A DNA stretch of 64,000 bases from an uncultured cyanobacterium. GTDB taxonomy: Bacteria > Cyanobacteriota > Cyanobacteriia > PCC-9006 > JAAUQQ01. The DNA lies in contig OY970368.1 in NCBI GenBank assembly GCA_963718615.1, positions 1,696,001 through 1,760,000 of the forward strand. The letters are read 5' to 3'. A program made the position numbers and the translations under genes. Under the pieces are notes generated by a model, which did not search any database, was not told the DNA's origin, and saw nothing but the letters and a program-made list of their open reading frames with translations. The first letter of the stretch is position 1. Every line of letters begins with the position of its first letter. Shown piece by piece: positions 49,431 through 59,482 of the stretch.

Positions 49431-49918
49431 GGCAGACGCATACAAGCCTCCATCAGCTTCGCATTGTAAATCCACTGCGCCACCTGTCCGGCACTAGGCG
49501 TGAGGTCTCGCCGATGGAGCACCGTAACATGTAGTCGCAGAAGCTGCGGATGGAGGCGATGGGCTGAGGCTTCTGCCAGACGGGCCACGGAGCTAATGCC
49601 CGCATGGAGCAACAGACCGCAATAGATGCAGCCCACGCCGGGAACCCGCGCTAGGTCAGCCAAAGCGGTCCATTTGAGTAGATATTTGTTGTGTATCTGG
49701 AGCTGGGCGATTAGCCGTTGCCGATTTTCAGGGTGCTGAACCCGGCGCAGAAGGTCAAACGTCGTCTGAATCCCTAGGGCGGTTAACTGGGATTGTTCTG
49801 TCGTGCTAAGCCCAGGTAACTGACCAATGGCCCAGTTTTGGGACTGTAACGCGTGAGGGTCTGACGGGGACGACGCCCGCCGTTTGAGCTGGGGCCGTTG
49901 GGGTTGGAGAGGTGCCAT
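49427..49918 (-). CDS. DUF4332 (helix-hairpin-helix) protein
   Basis: LPGLS...[27 protein letters not shown]. Confidence 0.85.
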   Translation of the reverse strand: MAPLQPQRPQLKRRASSPSDPHALQSQNWAIGQLPGLSTTEQSQLTALGIQTTFDLLRRVQHPENRQRLIAQLQIHNKYLLKWTALADLARVPGVGCIYCGLLLHAGISSVARLAEASAHRLHPQLLRLHVTVLHRRDLTPSAGQVAQWIYNAKLMEACMRLP

Positions 49919-50121
49919 GGAGATCAGGTCAGGAGAGACTGCTATTTTATCGGGGGAAAGGGGGGGATAGAGTTAGGAATCAGGAACCAAAGAAAATTGC
50001 CGCAGTCAGGGAAGTCTAGATCTATATGTTAAAAGGTTTCTATCAAGGTTTCTGCCGCCGGATTCAGCCGTTAATTCCCCCATGCATCTGCCGCCATTGG
50101 CTCTGTCCCTATCGTCTTCCT

Positions 50122-51351
50122 ATGCCTAGATCTCGGTTTCAATCCCGCCTTGCCAACGCTTGGCTACTGGGCCTCGCGTTTATCGGGTTCTGTCCGCTGC
50201 TCCCCCCTCCAGCGACAGCCGCAGCGCTGACCTGTCCGCAGGTGTCCCAGGCCCAATCCACCCTAGAGCTTTCCCAATCGGCGGTTTATCTGACGCTGTT
50301 GCAGCGGAGTTGGGTGGCCTATCGCGATCGCTTTGTCCAACCCGATGGCCATGTGATTGATTTTCAAGCACCGGATCAGCACACCACCTCCGAGGGGCAA
50401 GCCTATACGATGCTGCGGGCGGTGTTGATTAATGACCAAGAGACGTTCGATCGCACGCTAACTTGGGCCGAAAGACATCTCGATCGCCCCATGGATTCCC
50501 TCTGGTCCTGGAAATGGTTACCCCAGGGCGGAGTGCAGGATATTAATTTTGCAACGGATGCTGATATTGATGCAGCAACTGCGTTGATTTTTGCAGCTCG
50601 GCGCTGGAACTGTCCAGCCTATTTGGCCTTGGCCCAAACCAAACTGCGGGACATTTGGGCCAATTCCGTGGTAGAAGCCCAAGGCCGTTACTATTTGCTA
50701 CCCGGTCCCCGAACCGCATTTTGGCACAGGCCAGAGGAGATGGTGCTTAATCCATCCTATTTTGCTCCCTATGCCTATCGATTGTTTGCGCAGGTGGACC
50801 CGTTGGGGAAAAGCAATCCTGATCGCCGCTGGTCCCAATTGGTCACTGATAGCTACAGCGCTCTAGACCAGATTGCCGCAGTCTCGGAGAAACGTTTGCC
50901 TGCGGATTGGATTGTGCTCGATCCCACGACGGGGCGGTATGGACCGGTGCCGACAACGCGGCAGGGGTTGCGATCGCAATACAGCTTCGATGCCTACCGG
51001 GTCTGGTGGCGCATTGCCCTAGATGCCACCTGGTTCCGTTCGCCCAGGGCCAAAGCCTATCTCCGCGAAAATCTGGGCTACCTGGTCCAGCAGTGGCATG
51101 AGCAACAGAAAATTCCAGCGGTTCTCAGCTTGTCGGGCGAGGCCCAAGTCGAATACGAAGCCTTGGCCCAGTATGCGGCTCTCTATCCAGCCCTCAAGCA
51201 AGTAGATGCAGATGCGGCCTTTGAAATCTTTACCCAAAAGTTGCTGCCCCAATACAAACAAGGCATTTGGGAAAACGAAAACGCCTATTACACCCAAAAT
51301 TTGATTTGGTTTTCGCTCCTCCCTCAACAACCGCCTGTTGAAATTCGATGA
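50122..51351 (+). CDS. Glycoside hydrolase family 8 (BcsZ-like endoglucanase), exported
   Basis: TTSEGQAYTM, ATDADIDAA, LNPSYF and FDAYRVWWR. Confidence 0.9.
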   Translation: MPRSRFQSRLANAWLLGLAFIGFCPLLPPPATAAALTCPQVSQAQSTLELSQSAVYLTLLQRSWVAYRDRFVQPDGHVIDFQAPDQHTTSEGQAYTMLRAVLINDQETFDRTLTWAERHLDRPMDSLWSWKWLPQGGVQDINFATDADIDAATALIFAARRWNCPAYLALAQTKLRDIWANSVVEAQGRYYLLPGPRTAFWHRPEEMVLNPSYFAPYAYRLFAQVDPLGKSNPDRRWSQLVTDSYSALDQIAAVSEKRLPADWIVLDPTTGRYGPVPTTRQGLRSQYSFDAYRVWWRIALDATWFRSPRAKAYLRENLGYLVQQWHEQQKIPAVLSLSGEAQVEYEALAQYAALYPALKQVDADAAFEIFTQKLLPQYKQGIWENENAYYTQNLIWFSLLPQQPPVEIR

Positions 51352-51405
51352 ACTTCCAAAGAAAATCATGAGAAAATTAAAATAAAAAGTTCAAAATAAG
51401 GTTCA

Positions 51406-51535
51406 ATACTGATTGGCTGACACAACTCCTGAAACTCATTCGGTTGGGTTAAGTCCTGGCTAAATCTAGCTGAGTTTGTGCATGTTGGGTTTCGTGCCTC
51501 AACCCAACCTACGCATCAAAGATGTGTCAATCAAT
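51406..51535. mobile_element. Short MITE/REP-like element
   Basis: Imperfect terminal inverted repeats ATTGGCTGACACA / TGTGTCAATCAAT; internal hairpin GTTGGGTT-tcgtgcctc-AACCCAAC. Confidence 0.5.
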
Positions 51536-51683
51536 TCGGGTTCAAAATGTGGATTATATTCTCAAATATAAACTTATATGGAAGACCAATAAAAGCAGTT
51601 AATCAAATCTAAGAATTTGATTTTTGAAAAGCTATTTTTTCAGATCTTCTCGAAGTCTGAGTTGTCAGCGTAAGCTAAACAAT

Positions 51684-51697
51684 GTATGATTACTTAC
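51684..51697. promoter_or_regulatory. Possible NtcA box upstream of mmsA
   Basis: GTA-TGATTACT-TAC matches GTA-N8-TAC, but no -10 element lies at the canonical 22-nt spacing. Confidence 0.3.
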
Positions 51698-51844
51698 GAT
51701 TATTAGCATAAAACTGAGGCGAATCAATTTTCAAAAATTTTTATAAAAAACTTTAAGTTAGCCTTCCCATGCCTAAGCGTCGTAGCGATTCAAAGCACGA
51801 CTCAACGCGAGAAACTCAACATTACAAAACTTAAGGAAACAGCA

Positions 51845-53323
51845 ATGACTAGCCTTCCCACCGTGGCTTTATTCGTTGGCGGACAATGGATAGAGCAATC
51901 TGCTGAGCACTATACCCCTGTCCATAATCCTTCAACTGGCGAGGTGATTGCCCAGACCCCCATGGGAAGCGCTGAAACTGTCAATGTGGCAGTTCAGGCC
52001 GCTCAAAAAGCCTTCGAGTCCTGGTCACAGGTTCCTATTCCTCGCCGAGCGGAGGTCCTGTTTCGCTATCGGGCGCTGCTGGAAGAGAATTTCGAAGCCA
52101 TTGCCCGTCTGATTACCCAGGAAAATGGTAAAACCCTGGATGAAGCCCGAGGCGATATTCGGCGGGGTTTTGAGGTGGTGGAATTTGCTTGCGGGATTGC
52201 TCAGCTCTACAAAGGCGAAAGCTTAGGTCAAATTGCCACGGGCATTGATGGCCTGACGACCCGTGAACCCCTGGGGGTTTGTGCAGGGATTAGCCCCTTC
52301 AATTTTCCGGCCATGGTGCCAATGTGGATGTTTCCGTTGGCGATCGCCTGTGGCAACACATTCATCCTCAAACCCAGCGAAAAAGTGCCCCTCACCGCCC
52401 TGCGTTTGGCTGAACTCTTCCAATCTGCCGGTTTACCCGATGGTGTTCTGAACATTATTCACGGCGGCAAAGATGTGGTAGATGCGCTCTGTACCCATCC
52501 CGGTATCGCCGCTATCAGCTTTGTTGGGTCATCCCGGATTGCAAAGCATGTCTATACCCTTGGCAATGCTCACGGCAAGCGGGTCCAGGCGGGGGGCGGG
52601 GCCAAGAATGCGCTGATCGTCATGTCGGATGCGGAGCCCGATTCGACGCTCCGGGCCATTATGGGAGCGGCCTTTGGCTGTGCAGGACAACGCTGTATGG
52701 CAGGCTCTCTACTGGTGGGCGTCGGCGAAGTTGCCGCCGCCCTCAAAGAGCGGGTGGTGGGCGAAATGGAGGGTCTCAAAGTCGGTAATCCCTCTGTCGA
52801 TGAAAGCGTTGGCATGGGGCCTGTTATTGATGGTAGTGCTCAAACCCGAATTCAGGATGTGATCAGCAAGGCGGAACGTCAGGGGGTTCGAGTGGCCCGA
52901 GATGGTCGGCAGAACATTCCCAAGACGGGCTTTTTTGTCGGGCCAACGTTGTTAGAGCAGGTTTCTCCAGACATGTCTGTATTTGGGGAAGAGGTGTTTG
53001 GGCCGGTGTTGTCGATGATGACGCCGAAAACCCTGGATGAGGCGATCGCCTGGATCAACCGCCTAAACTACGGCAATGGAGCAACGCTATTTACCAGCAG
53101 TGGTGCCGCCGCCCGTCAGTTTAGTCAACAGGTCAAATGTGGCATGTTGGGGATTAATGTGGGTGTCCCGGCCCCCATGGCCATGTTTCCCTTTTCGGGT
53201 TGGAACGATTCGTTCTATGGCGATTTGCATCTTCAAGGAACTGAAGGCGTACAGTTCTATACCCGTCAAAAAGTGATTCTTTCCCGTTGGGATAGTGCCT
53301 ATCAACGACAGCAGGGCTGGTAA
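51845..53323 (+). CDS. mmsA: CoA-acylating (methyl)malonate-semialdehyde dehydrogenase
   Basis: PFNFPAMVPMWMFP, LKPSEK, SFVGSS, KRVQAGGGAKN, FGCAGQRCMA and GINVGVPAP. Confidence 0.92.
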   Translation: MTSLPTVALFVGGQWIEQSAEHYTPVHNPSTGEVIAQTPMGSAETVNVAVQAAQKAFESWSQVPIPRRAEVLFRYRALLEENFEAIARLITQENGKTLDEARGDIRRGFEVVEFACGIAQLYKGESLGQIATGIDGLTTREPLGVCAGISPFNFPAMVPMWMFPLAIACGNTFILKPSEKVPLTALRLAELFQSAGLPDGVLNIIHGGKDVVDALCTHPGIAAISFVGSSRIAKHVYTLGNAHGKRVQAGGGAKNALIVMSDAEPDSTLRAIMGAAFGCAGQRCMAGSLLVGVGEVAAALKERVVGEMEGLKVGNPSVDESVGMGPVIDGSAQTRIQDVISKAERQGVRVARDGRQNIPKTGFFVGPTLLEQVSPDMSVFGEEVFGPVLSMMTPKTLDEAIAWINRLNYGNGATLFTSSGAAARQFSQQVKCGMLGINVGVPAPMAMFPFSGWNDSFYGDLHLQGTEGVQFYTRQKVILSRWDSAYQRQQGW

Positions 53324-53392
53324 TGTGCGGGATGCATTCAAGGTTATTTGAAATCAATCATTTTTTGAAATCATTTGAAGGTCAAAATACCG

Positions 53393-54583
53393 ATGACACC
53401 AACTCCCGTCGTTCCAACGAGACCCCTGACCGCGTTTCATTGCCCTGGCACCATCATTCAGGGGGCTGGAGCTAGCGCAGAGTTACTCAATCAACTCCTG
53501 CGATTGCATGTCCAACGAGTGCTGATCGTCACAGATGCCTATATGGAAAGCACAGGGCTACCTCAGCGATTAGCCGATCCTCTGATTGCTGCTGGGCTAT
53601 CGGTGGCGATATTTAGTAAAGTGCAGCCCGATCCTACGGTGGAAAATGTGCGAGCAGGTCTATCGGCTTTGAAGGACCACCAAGCCGATGCCCTCGTGGC
53701 CGTTGGGGGCGGTAGTTCCATTGATGCGGCCAAGGCTATTTCGGTCATGAGCAGCAATCCGGAACCGATTTCCCAATACATGGGTTATCACAAATTCAAA
53801 AACCCTGGATTACCGTTGGTTGCAATTCCAACGACCGCCGGAACAGGCAGCGAAGCAACGAAGGTCACCGTCATTAATGATGTCGAGCAAAATGTCAAAA
53901 TGATGATGCTCGATGCTCATTTGATGCCGACGGTTGCTCTGATCGACTACACCTTAACGCTGTCCATGCCCCCGGCACTCACTGCCCATGTGGGGGTAGA
54001 TACGCTAACCCACGGCATCGAAGCTTACGTTTCTCGCAAAGCCAATGGGTTGAGCGATCCGATCGCCCTTTCCTGTATTCAACTGGTATCCCGCTATTTA
54101 TACACCGCTTGGCGAGAGCCCAACCATGACCCAGCTCGTGAGGCCATGTCGATCGCTGCTTGTCAGGGGGGGATGGCGTTTACGAATAGCAGCGTCTGTT
54201 TAGTACATGGCATGAGCCGCCCTTTAGGGGTTCAGTTCCATTTACCCCATGGGCTATCCAATGCGGTGTTATTGCCAACGGTGACGAAATTTTCGATCGC
54301 TGGCGCTGTAGAACGCTATGCAACGGTCGCAAGAACCATGGGATTTGCCAGCTCTAATGACAAGGATACAACGGCTTGTGACGCTTTGGTTGCGGGTTTA
54401 GAACGCTTTAATCAAACCTTAGAAGTCCCTCGGCTGCGAGATTGCCCAGGCATGACAAAGGATCGGTTTGAGCAGGTCTTGGAAAAAATGGCAGCGGATG
54501 CTTTGGCATCGGGTAGTCCTCAGAATAATCCAGTTGTGCCAACCGAGAATGAGATCATTTCGCTTTATCGGGCAGCGTGGTAA
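53393..54583 (+). CDS. Iron-containing alcohol dehydrogenase
   Basis: GGGSSIDAAK, IPTTAGTGSE, DTLTHGIE, LVHGMS and PHGLSNA. Confidence 0.93.
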   Translation: MTPTPVVPTRPLTAFHCPGTIIQGAGASAELLNQLLRLHVQRVLIVTDAYMESTGLPQRLADPLIAAGLSVAIFSKVQPDPTVENVRAGLSALKDHQADALVAVGGGSSIDAAKAISVMSSNPEPISQYMGYHKFKNPGLPLVAIPTTAGTGSEATKVTVINDVEQNVKMMMLDAHLMPTVALIDYTLTLSMPPALTAHVGVDTLTHGIEAYVSRKANGLSDPIALSCIQLVSRYLYTAWREPNHDPAREAMSIAACQGGMAFTNSSVCLVHGMSRPLGVQFHLPHGLSNAVLLPTVTKFSIAGAVERYATVARTMGFASSNDKDTTACDALVAGLERFNQTLEVPRLRDCPGMTKDRFEQVLEKMAADALASGSPQNNPVVPTENEIISLYRAAW

Positions 54584-54586
54584 GGA

Positions 54587-55543
54587 TTAGTCAAGGGTCG
54601 TGACGTGATAGGTGTTGCGACCTTTTTGCTTTGCCACATAGAGGGCTTTGTCCGCCGCTGCGATTAACGGTTCTAGCGGGCTATCATGCTGCGGAATTTG
54701 GCACGCAACGCCCAAACTGATCGTGACTACATCACTCGCCTCAGAATAGGCATGGGGGATTTGGAGCTGGGTCATGCATTCCTGGACCGTCTTGGCCACA
54801 TGGATGGCACCCTGCACTGTCGTATCCGGTAAAACAATGACAAATTCTTCACCACCGTAGCGGGCGACCAAATCGGCGGGACGTTGGGCGGCTCGCTCTA
54901 GGGTATGGGCCAGCTTTTGCAAACAGCTATCCCCCATCAGGTGACCGTAATGGTCGTTGTAGGCTTTGAAGGAGTCCACATCACAGAAAATCAACGCTAA
55001 GGGCTTACCATCACGGGCGAGTCGTCGCCATTCACGGTTGATATATTCGTCAAACCAGCGGCGATTGGCGACTTGGGTCAGGGCATCGAGTCGGGCCAGT
55101 CGCTGAAGTTCATGGTTGGCCTGTTCGAGGGCGGCGGCTTGCTGCATGACCTTGTAGGTGAGCGATCGCAATTCCATATGAATGCGAATGCGTGCCAAAA
55201 CCTCCGCAGGCTGAAACGGCTTCGTAATGTAGTCCACCGCACCAATGGACAGACCCTTAATTTTGTCGCTTAGATCCGTTAGGGCCGTCATGAAAATGAT
55301 CGGAATATCTCGGGTATGGGCATTGGCTTTAAGCTGTGCGCAGACATCAAAACCGCTGATATCCGGCAATCGCACATCCAGTAGAACCAACGCGGGCCGA
55401 CTGACCTGGATTTTCTCTAGGGCCTCGGTTCCCGTCACGGCGATCGCCACTTCCATGCCAGCACCGCCCAGCATGGAAGAGATCATTGACAGATTTGTGG
55501 GACTGTCATCAACGATTAAAACTTGGTTCCAGCTTTCGTACAT
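54587..55543 (-). CDS. Receiver-GGDEF diguanylate cyclase
   Basis: VLIVDDS...LLDV receiver domain; RPAD I-site and RYGGEEF. Confidence 0.92.
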   Translation of the reverse strand: MYESWNQVLIVDDSPTNLSMISSMLGGAGMEVAIAVTGTEALEKIQVSRPALVLLDVRLPDISGFDVCAQLKANAHTRDIPIIFMTALTDLSDKIKGLSIGAVDYITKPFQPAEVLARIRIHMELRSLTYKVMQQAAALEQANHELQRLARLDALTQVANRRWFDEYINREWRRLARDGKPLALIFCDVDSFKAYNDHYGHLMGDSCLQKLAHTLERAAQRPADLVARYGGEEFVIVLPDTTVQGAIHVAKTVQECMTQLQIPHAYSEASDVVTISLGVACQIPQHDSPLEPLIAAADKALYVAKQKGRNTYHVTTLD

Positions 55544-55681
55544 TGCGGATGAAGGATGAGGAAAGAAGTAAAAATCCCACGGAACAGGTTTTGGCACCTT
55601 GAGTACTCTATTTTGAGGATGCCCAGAATCAGCATCTAGATTCGACGCTACATTTGTTACAGGTAAAAAAGAGGAAACACT

Positions 55682-56977
55682 ATGCGGCCTCGCCAGGAAT
55701 TAGTAGAGCGTTTCTCAACGTTTTTGCAGTTTGAGGGCGATCGCCCCCAGGGTTGGCTGATGGATCCTCGGCTGCGCAAAAGCATGGGCCATTGCCTAGG
55801 TCAGCAGCGGGATGCGTCGGTTCAGGTGGGGCAGAGCAATTTCTGGGCGCTCTACTGGCATAAGCGCTGGCAGCAGGGCCAGGGCCGGGATCAAGGTCAA
55901 AATCCAAGCCAAAACTTGGCGCAACAGACGCCGCAAAATCATTTGGCCGCGAATCATTTGGCCGCGAATCATTTGACCGCCTATGTCCAGGAGGGTTGCT
56001 ATTGGTCTGCCCAGAAGGCGACCCAGCGGTTTCAGAATTTGGCCTATGGGCTGGCGGATTGTTTTCAGATGGCGATCGCCCAGTTCCACAAAATTCTACG
56101 AGGCTTCGATGCCAGCCACGGCACAGATTTTGCCGGGTATGCCAGCGCCGCCTTTGCCAGTTTGATCCGTGAACTCCTGCGCCAGCGCAACGAAGTGGAC
56201 ATCTGCACCACCTGGGGACTCCTGCGCAAGCTCAGCAAAAAGCGGTTGACGGAGGCGCTCTTGGCCACGGGGCTGGGGAATGAGGCGATCGCCTCCCACG
56301 TCCTAGCCTGGGATGCCTTCAAGCTGCACTATGTGCCGACCCAAAGCACCGGCACCCGCCGGTTGCCCAAGCCCAGCGCGGCAGAATGGGAGGCCATGGC
56401 AACGTTTTATAACCAAGAGCGGGGGATTGCCCTGGGAGCCCATCACCCGAAGCTTGCAGCGGAGGCGATCGAGCAGCTCCTGCAAACTTCTGCCCGAGCG
56501 GCTCGGGCCTATCTGTATCCCACCCAGGTGTCGATGAATGCTCAGGTTTCGGGCCAAGAGACAGAATTTATTGATAATTTGCCGGAAACCTTGGAAGCAC
56601 CACCGCTGGAGCAGTTGATCAATCTGGAGGAAGCCCAGGAACGACAGGCGCAGCGATCGCAACTCAGCCAAGTGTTGGAAGGGGCGATCGCCCATCTAGA
56701 CCCCACCGCTCAAGATCTCCTGCGCTACTACTACCGCGATGCCCTCACCCAGCAGGACCTTGCGGCCCGCCTAGACCTGAAGCAATACACGGTGTCCCGT
56801 CGCCTCACCAAAATTCGCAAAACCCTGGTGCAGGCTCTACTGGACTGGAGCCAAGCAACATTGCATACTACGCCCCATCCCGACCTATTGAACGCTATGA
56901 GCGGTTTGCTCGAAGAATGGTTGCAACAGCATTATGTCGCTGCCAGCTCGCCCTCAGCCACCGAGAGCCTCGTTTAG
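55682..56977 (+). CDS. Atypical cyanobacterial sigma-70-family factor (DUF1822-associated type)
   Basis: FSTFLQF N-terminus; region-2-like DCFQMAI...FDAS...FAGYA; region 4 LTQQDLAARLDLKQYTVSRRL; NHLAA x3 micro-repeat. Confidence 0.8.
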   Translation: MRPRQELVERFSTFLQFEGDRPQGWLMDPRLRKSMGHCLGQQRDASVQVGQSNFWALYWHKRWQQGQGRDQGQNPSQNLAQQTPQNHLAANHLAANHLTAYVQEGCYWSAQKATQRFQNLAYGLADCFQMAIAQFHKILRGFDASHGTDFAGYASAAFASLIRELLRQRNEVDICTTWGLLRKLSKKRLTEALLATGLGNEAIASHVLAWDAFKLHYVPTQSTGTRRLPKPSAAEWEAMATFYNQERGIALGAHHPKLAAEAIEQLLQTSARAARAYLYPTQVSMNAQVSGQETEFIDNLPETLEAPPLEQLINLEEAQERQAQRSQLSQVLEGAIAHLDPTAQDLLRYYYRDALTQQDLAARLDLKQYTVSRRLTKIRKTLVQALLDWSQATLHTTPHPDLLNAMSGLLEEWLQQHYVAASSPSATESLV

Positions 56978-57058
56978 CCAAACGTTCGCACCCAAACGTT
57001 CACACCCAAGCGACCTGAACCGCACCCGACTACCATTGACTATTCCTGGGGTTCCACT

Positions 57059-58240
57059 ATGTCCTTCACCGCCACGTTATTTGATTCCGGTCAACTTTTC
57101 CTTGAAATTACTGAGCGCCAGCGGGAGATCGCCTGGCAGCAGAGCCAGTCTCTAGCGACCCCCAACAGCCGTTGGCAGGCCTATCTGAATGGATTGGCCC
57201 TGGGGGCGGTTTTACCCTGGCTACAAGAGGAATTGGCCGAAACTCAAGGACGGGTGGTGACGCCTCAGCCTAGTGATTTACTCGCCACGTGGGAATTGGT
57301 CAATGGCACGCCCCTGGGCCTGAAGCTGCGGAATCAACGGCAGCGTCGCTTGGTCCTGGTGCCGGACGAGGCGATGGACCTGGAAGAATTAGCGGTGCCC
57401 CAGGAATGGCTGGAGATTACCAACTGGGCGGCGGATGACTTTGTGGCGGTGCAGGTCAATCCCGATGAGGGCTGGGTGCGGCTGTGGGGCTGGGCTTCGC
57501 GATCGCTCCTGCAAGAAAAGGCCGAGCTGGATTGGAGCGATCGCACCTACCGTCTCCCCCAGGAAGCCCTCAGCGCCGACCTCGGCATTTTGACCTTAGC
57601 CCTAGATCTTGCCAGCACTTCAGCGATCGCAACTCCCCTGGAGACCCCTCCCGTTTTAGACCTCGCCAACGCCAATTCACTGATTGAACGACTGGGCAAT
57701 CCCGCCGAACTACGCCCTCGACTGGCTATTCCCTTTGAACGTTGGGCCGGGTTGATGGCCCATTCGGGGTATCGGCAACGGTTGGCGGAGCGGCGCTGGG
57801 GGATAGAGGAAGGGCGATCGCCCCTATCCTGGCTTCGGTCCGGTCTCTCAGCACTGGCAGAACAGTCCGGTTGGCGATCGACCCAGTTGGCCCCGGCCAT
57901 GGCTGGGGTTCGCGGCCTCGAAACGGTTACACCGACGTTAATTCGAGATTTGACCATTGACCATCAGCCCTACGAATTGTGCATTACGGCCTTGGGTGAC
58001 CCCCCAGAGAATTGCTGGCGGTTTTCGCTCCGGTCCGCTAATCCCCAAGATCCAATTCCCATGGGTTTTGTGCTGCGCTTACTCACCGAAGACCTCCAAA
58101 ATTTTGACGGCAACGAGGACCGGGCCACAGCCCCCGTGGCGCAACTCTGGATTGACGTCCAACTGGCTCCAGGGGAAGGCATTGTCTGGCAAGTCGAGCC
58201 CGAGCCCGAAGGCTACAGTGCAGAAATCTTGAGGTTCTAA
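57059..58240 (+). CDS. DUF1822 protein
   Basis: WQAYLN.L, WELVNGT, LVLVPDE...VPQEW and FVAVQV...VRLWGW. Confidence 0.85.
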   Translation: MSFTATLFDSGQLFLEITERQREIAWQQSQSLATPNSRWQAYLNGLALGAVLPWLQEELAETQGRVVTPQPSDLLATWELVNGTPLGLKLRNQRQRRLVLVPDEAMDLEELAVPQEWLEITNWAADDFVAVQVNPDEGWVRLWGWASRSLLQEKAELDWSDRTYRLPQEALSADLGILTLALDLASTSAIATPLETPPVLDLANANSLIERLGNPAELRPRLAIPFERWAGLMAHSGYRQRLAERRWGIEEGRSPLSWLRSGLSALAEQSGWRSTQLAPAMAGVRGLETVTPTLIRDLTIDHQPYELCITALGDPPENCWRFSLRSANPQDPIPMGFVLRLLTEDLQNFDGNEDRATAPVAQLWIDVQLAPGEGIVWQVEPEPEGYSAEILRF

Positions 58241-58319
58241 GCGGGGCAACCGGGTCAACGGTTTATCCTAGAATCGGGCAAGACCCATCCCCTACCCACC
58301 TGATTCACCGGAACCATCC

Positions 58320-58949
58320 ATGGGAGCTGCATACGGGCCGGGGCTGCTTCCCTGCATTTTGGCAGAGCAAGGCCACGACCATCCCCCCGACGAAAACCAG
58401 CAAATCGAACTGCTTTGCCAATTCGCCGCGCTCAATTTGCTCCCCCTCTTCCACGAAGTCATTGGGGGGGTGGTGTATCGGTTTGTCAGCAAAAACGGTG
58501 AAATCCAGGTTGCTCCGATTCCAGACCAGATTAACGATCGCGTCCTCACGGACATCAAAACCTATACCGGGGCGATCGCCCCCACTCTCATCGACTGGCT
58601 CGAAGCGCCCCTACTCATTCCCGGTAGTCCTAGCCGCCGCAACCATACCCTCAGCCTCCCCGGTCACCCCCTAGAGGGTTGGCAAGCCCGCAACCTCAGC
58701 AGCCAACGCAATACCCTAGCTTGGCTCCACCAGGAAGCTAAAGAAAACAGCGCCATCTCCGTCGGCGTTGCCCCAGCCCCACGGGGCTATACCGCGACCC
58801 TCGGAGCCCGCTATGGTTATGGGGCAATGATTGCAGCCTATGGCGATTTGCTGGACTGTTTGGATTATTGCGATCGCTTCAAATTTGTCTGTCGAATCAG
58901 CCTCCCCCGCCCTCAAGAGTTGCCAACAACCCTGCCAACAACCCTCTAG
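58320..58949 (+). CDS. Hypothetical protein
   Basis: 209-aa ORF filling the gap on the same strand; no motif recognised. Confidence 0.5.
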   Translation: MGAAYGPGLLPCILAEQGHDHPPDENQQIELLCQFAALNLLPLFHEVIGGVVYRFVSKNGEIQVAPIPDQINDRVLTDIKTYTGAIAPTLIDWLEAPLLIPGSPSRRNHTLSLPGHPLEGWQARNLSSQRNTLAWLHQEAKENSAISVGVAPAPRGYTATLGARYGYGAMIAAYGDLLDCLDYCDRFKFVCRISLPRPQELPTTLPTTL

Positions 58950-58994
58950 AATAAAAAAAAGGCGAGGTTCTTGCACAGCAACGGTTCTTTATCC

Positions 58995-59405
58995 ATGGCA
59001 TCGACTCGGCGAACCCGCAATCAAGAACGGGTCTTCAACTGTCTTAAATCGCTGGACCAGGAAATCTCGGCCCAGGATTTGTATTTGGAACTGCGCGATC
59101 GCGATCAGGCCATGGGTCTTGCAACGGTCTACCGAGCCCTAGAGGCCCTGAAACTAGAAGGGGTTGTGCAGGTTCGCACCTTGGCCAGTGGGGAGTCACT
59201 TTACAGCACCATGAAAGCTGACCGCCATCACCTCACCTGTTTGCAATGCGGCGAGTCGTTTCCCATTGATCATTGCCCAGTTCATGAGCTAGAAAAAACG
59301 CTGAATCGAGACTATCAATTTAAGGTTTACTACCACACGCTGGAATTTTATGGGCTATGCAACCAATGTCAGGCTCCAGCAGAGCCTGCTCCATCGATTT
59401 CCTAG
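58995..59405 (+). CDS. zur: Fur-family regulator, Zur/FurB type
   Basis: SAQDLY...GLATVYRAL, HHLTCLQC and YHTLEFYGLCNQC. Confidence 0.8.
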   Translation: MASTRRTRNQERVFNCLKSLDQEISAQDLYLELRDRDQAMGLATVYRALEALKLEGVVQVRTLASGESLYSTMKADRHHLTCLQCGESFPIDHCPVHELEKTLNRDYQFKVYYHTLEFYGLCNQCQAPAEPAPSIS

Positions 59406-59422
59406 CCTACACTGAGTTTGTA

Positions 59423-59462
59423 AGCGTTATCTGCAAGCGTTATCTGCAAGCGCTATCTGCAA
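59423..59462 (+). repeat. Three copies of a 13-bp tandem repeat
   Basis: AGCGTTATCTGCA twice plus AGCGCTATCTGCA. Confidence 0.8.
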
Positions 59463-59482
59463 ATCTTGTTGGAGCATGGATA

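Noticed and set aside
50122-51351. Cellulose synthase operon
   Set aside because: The GH8 gene is alone; no bcsA or bcsB is in the window.
55937-55981. 15-bp x3 repeat (NHLAA) in the sigma gene, and short duplications at about 3030-3070 and 44039-44068
   Set aside because: These look like ordinary slippage repeats, in frame or intergenic, with no sign of phase variation.
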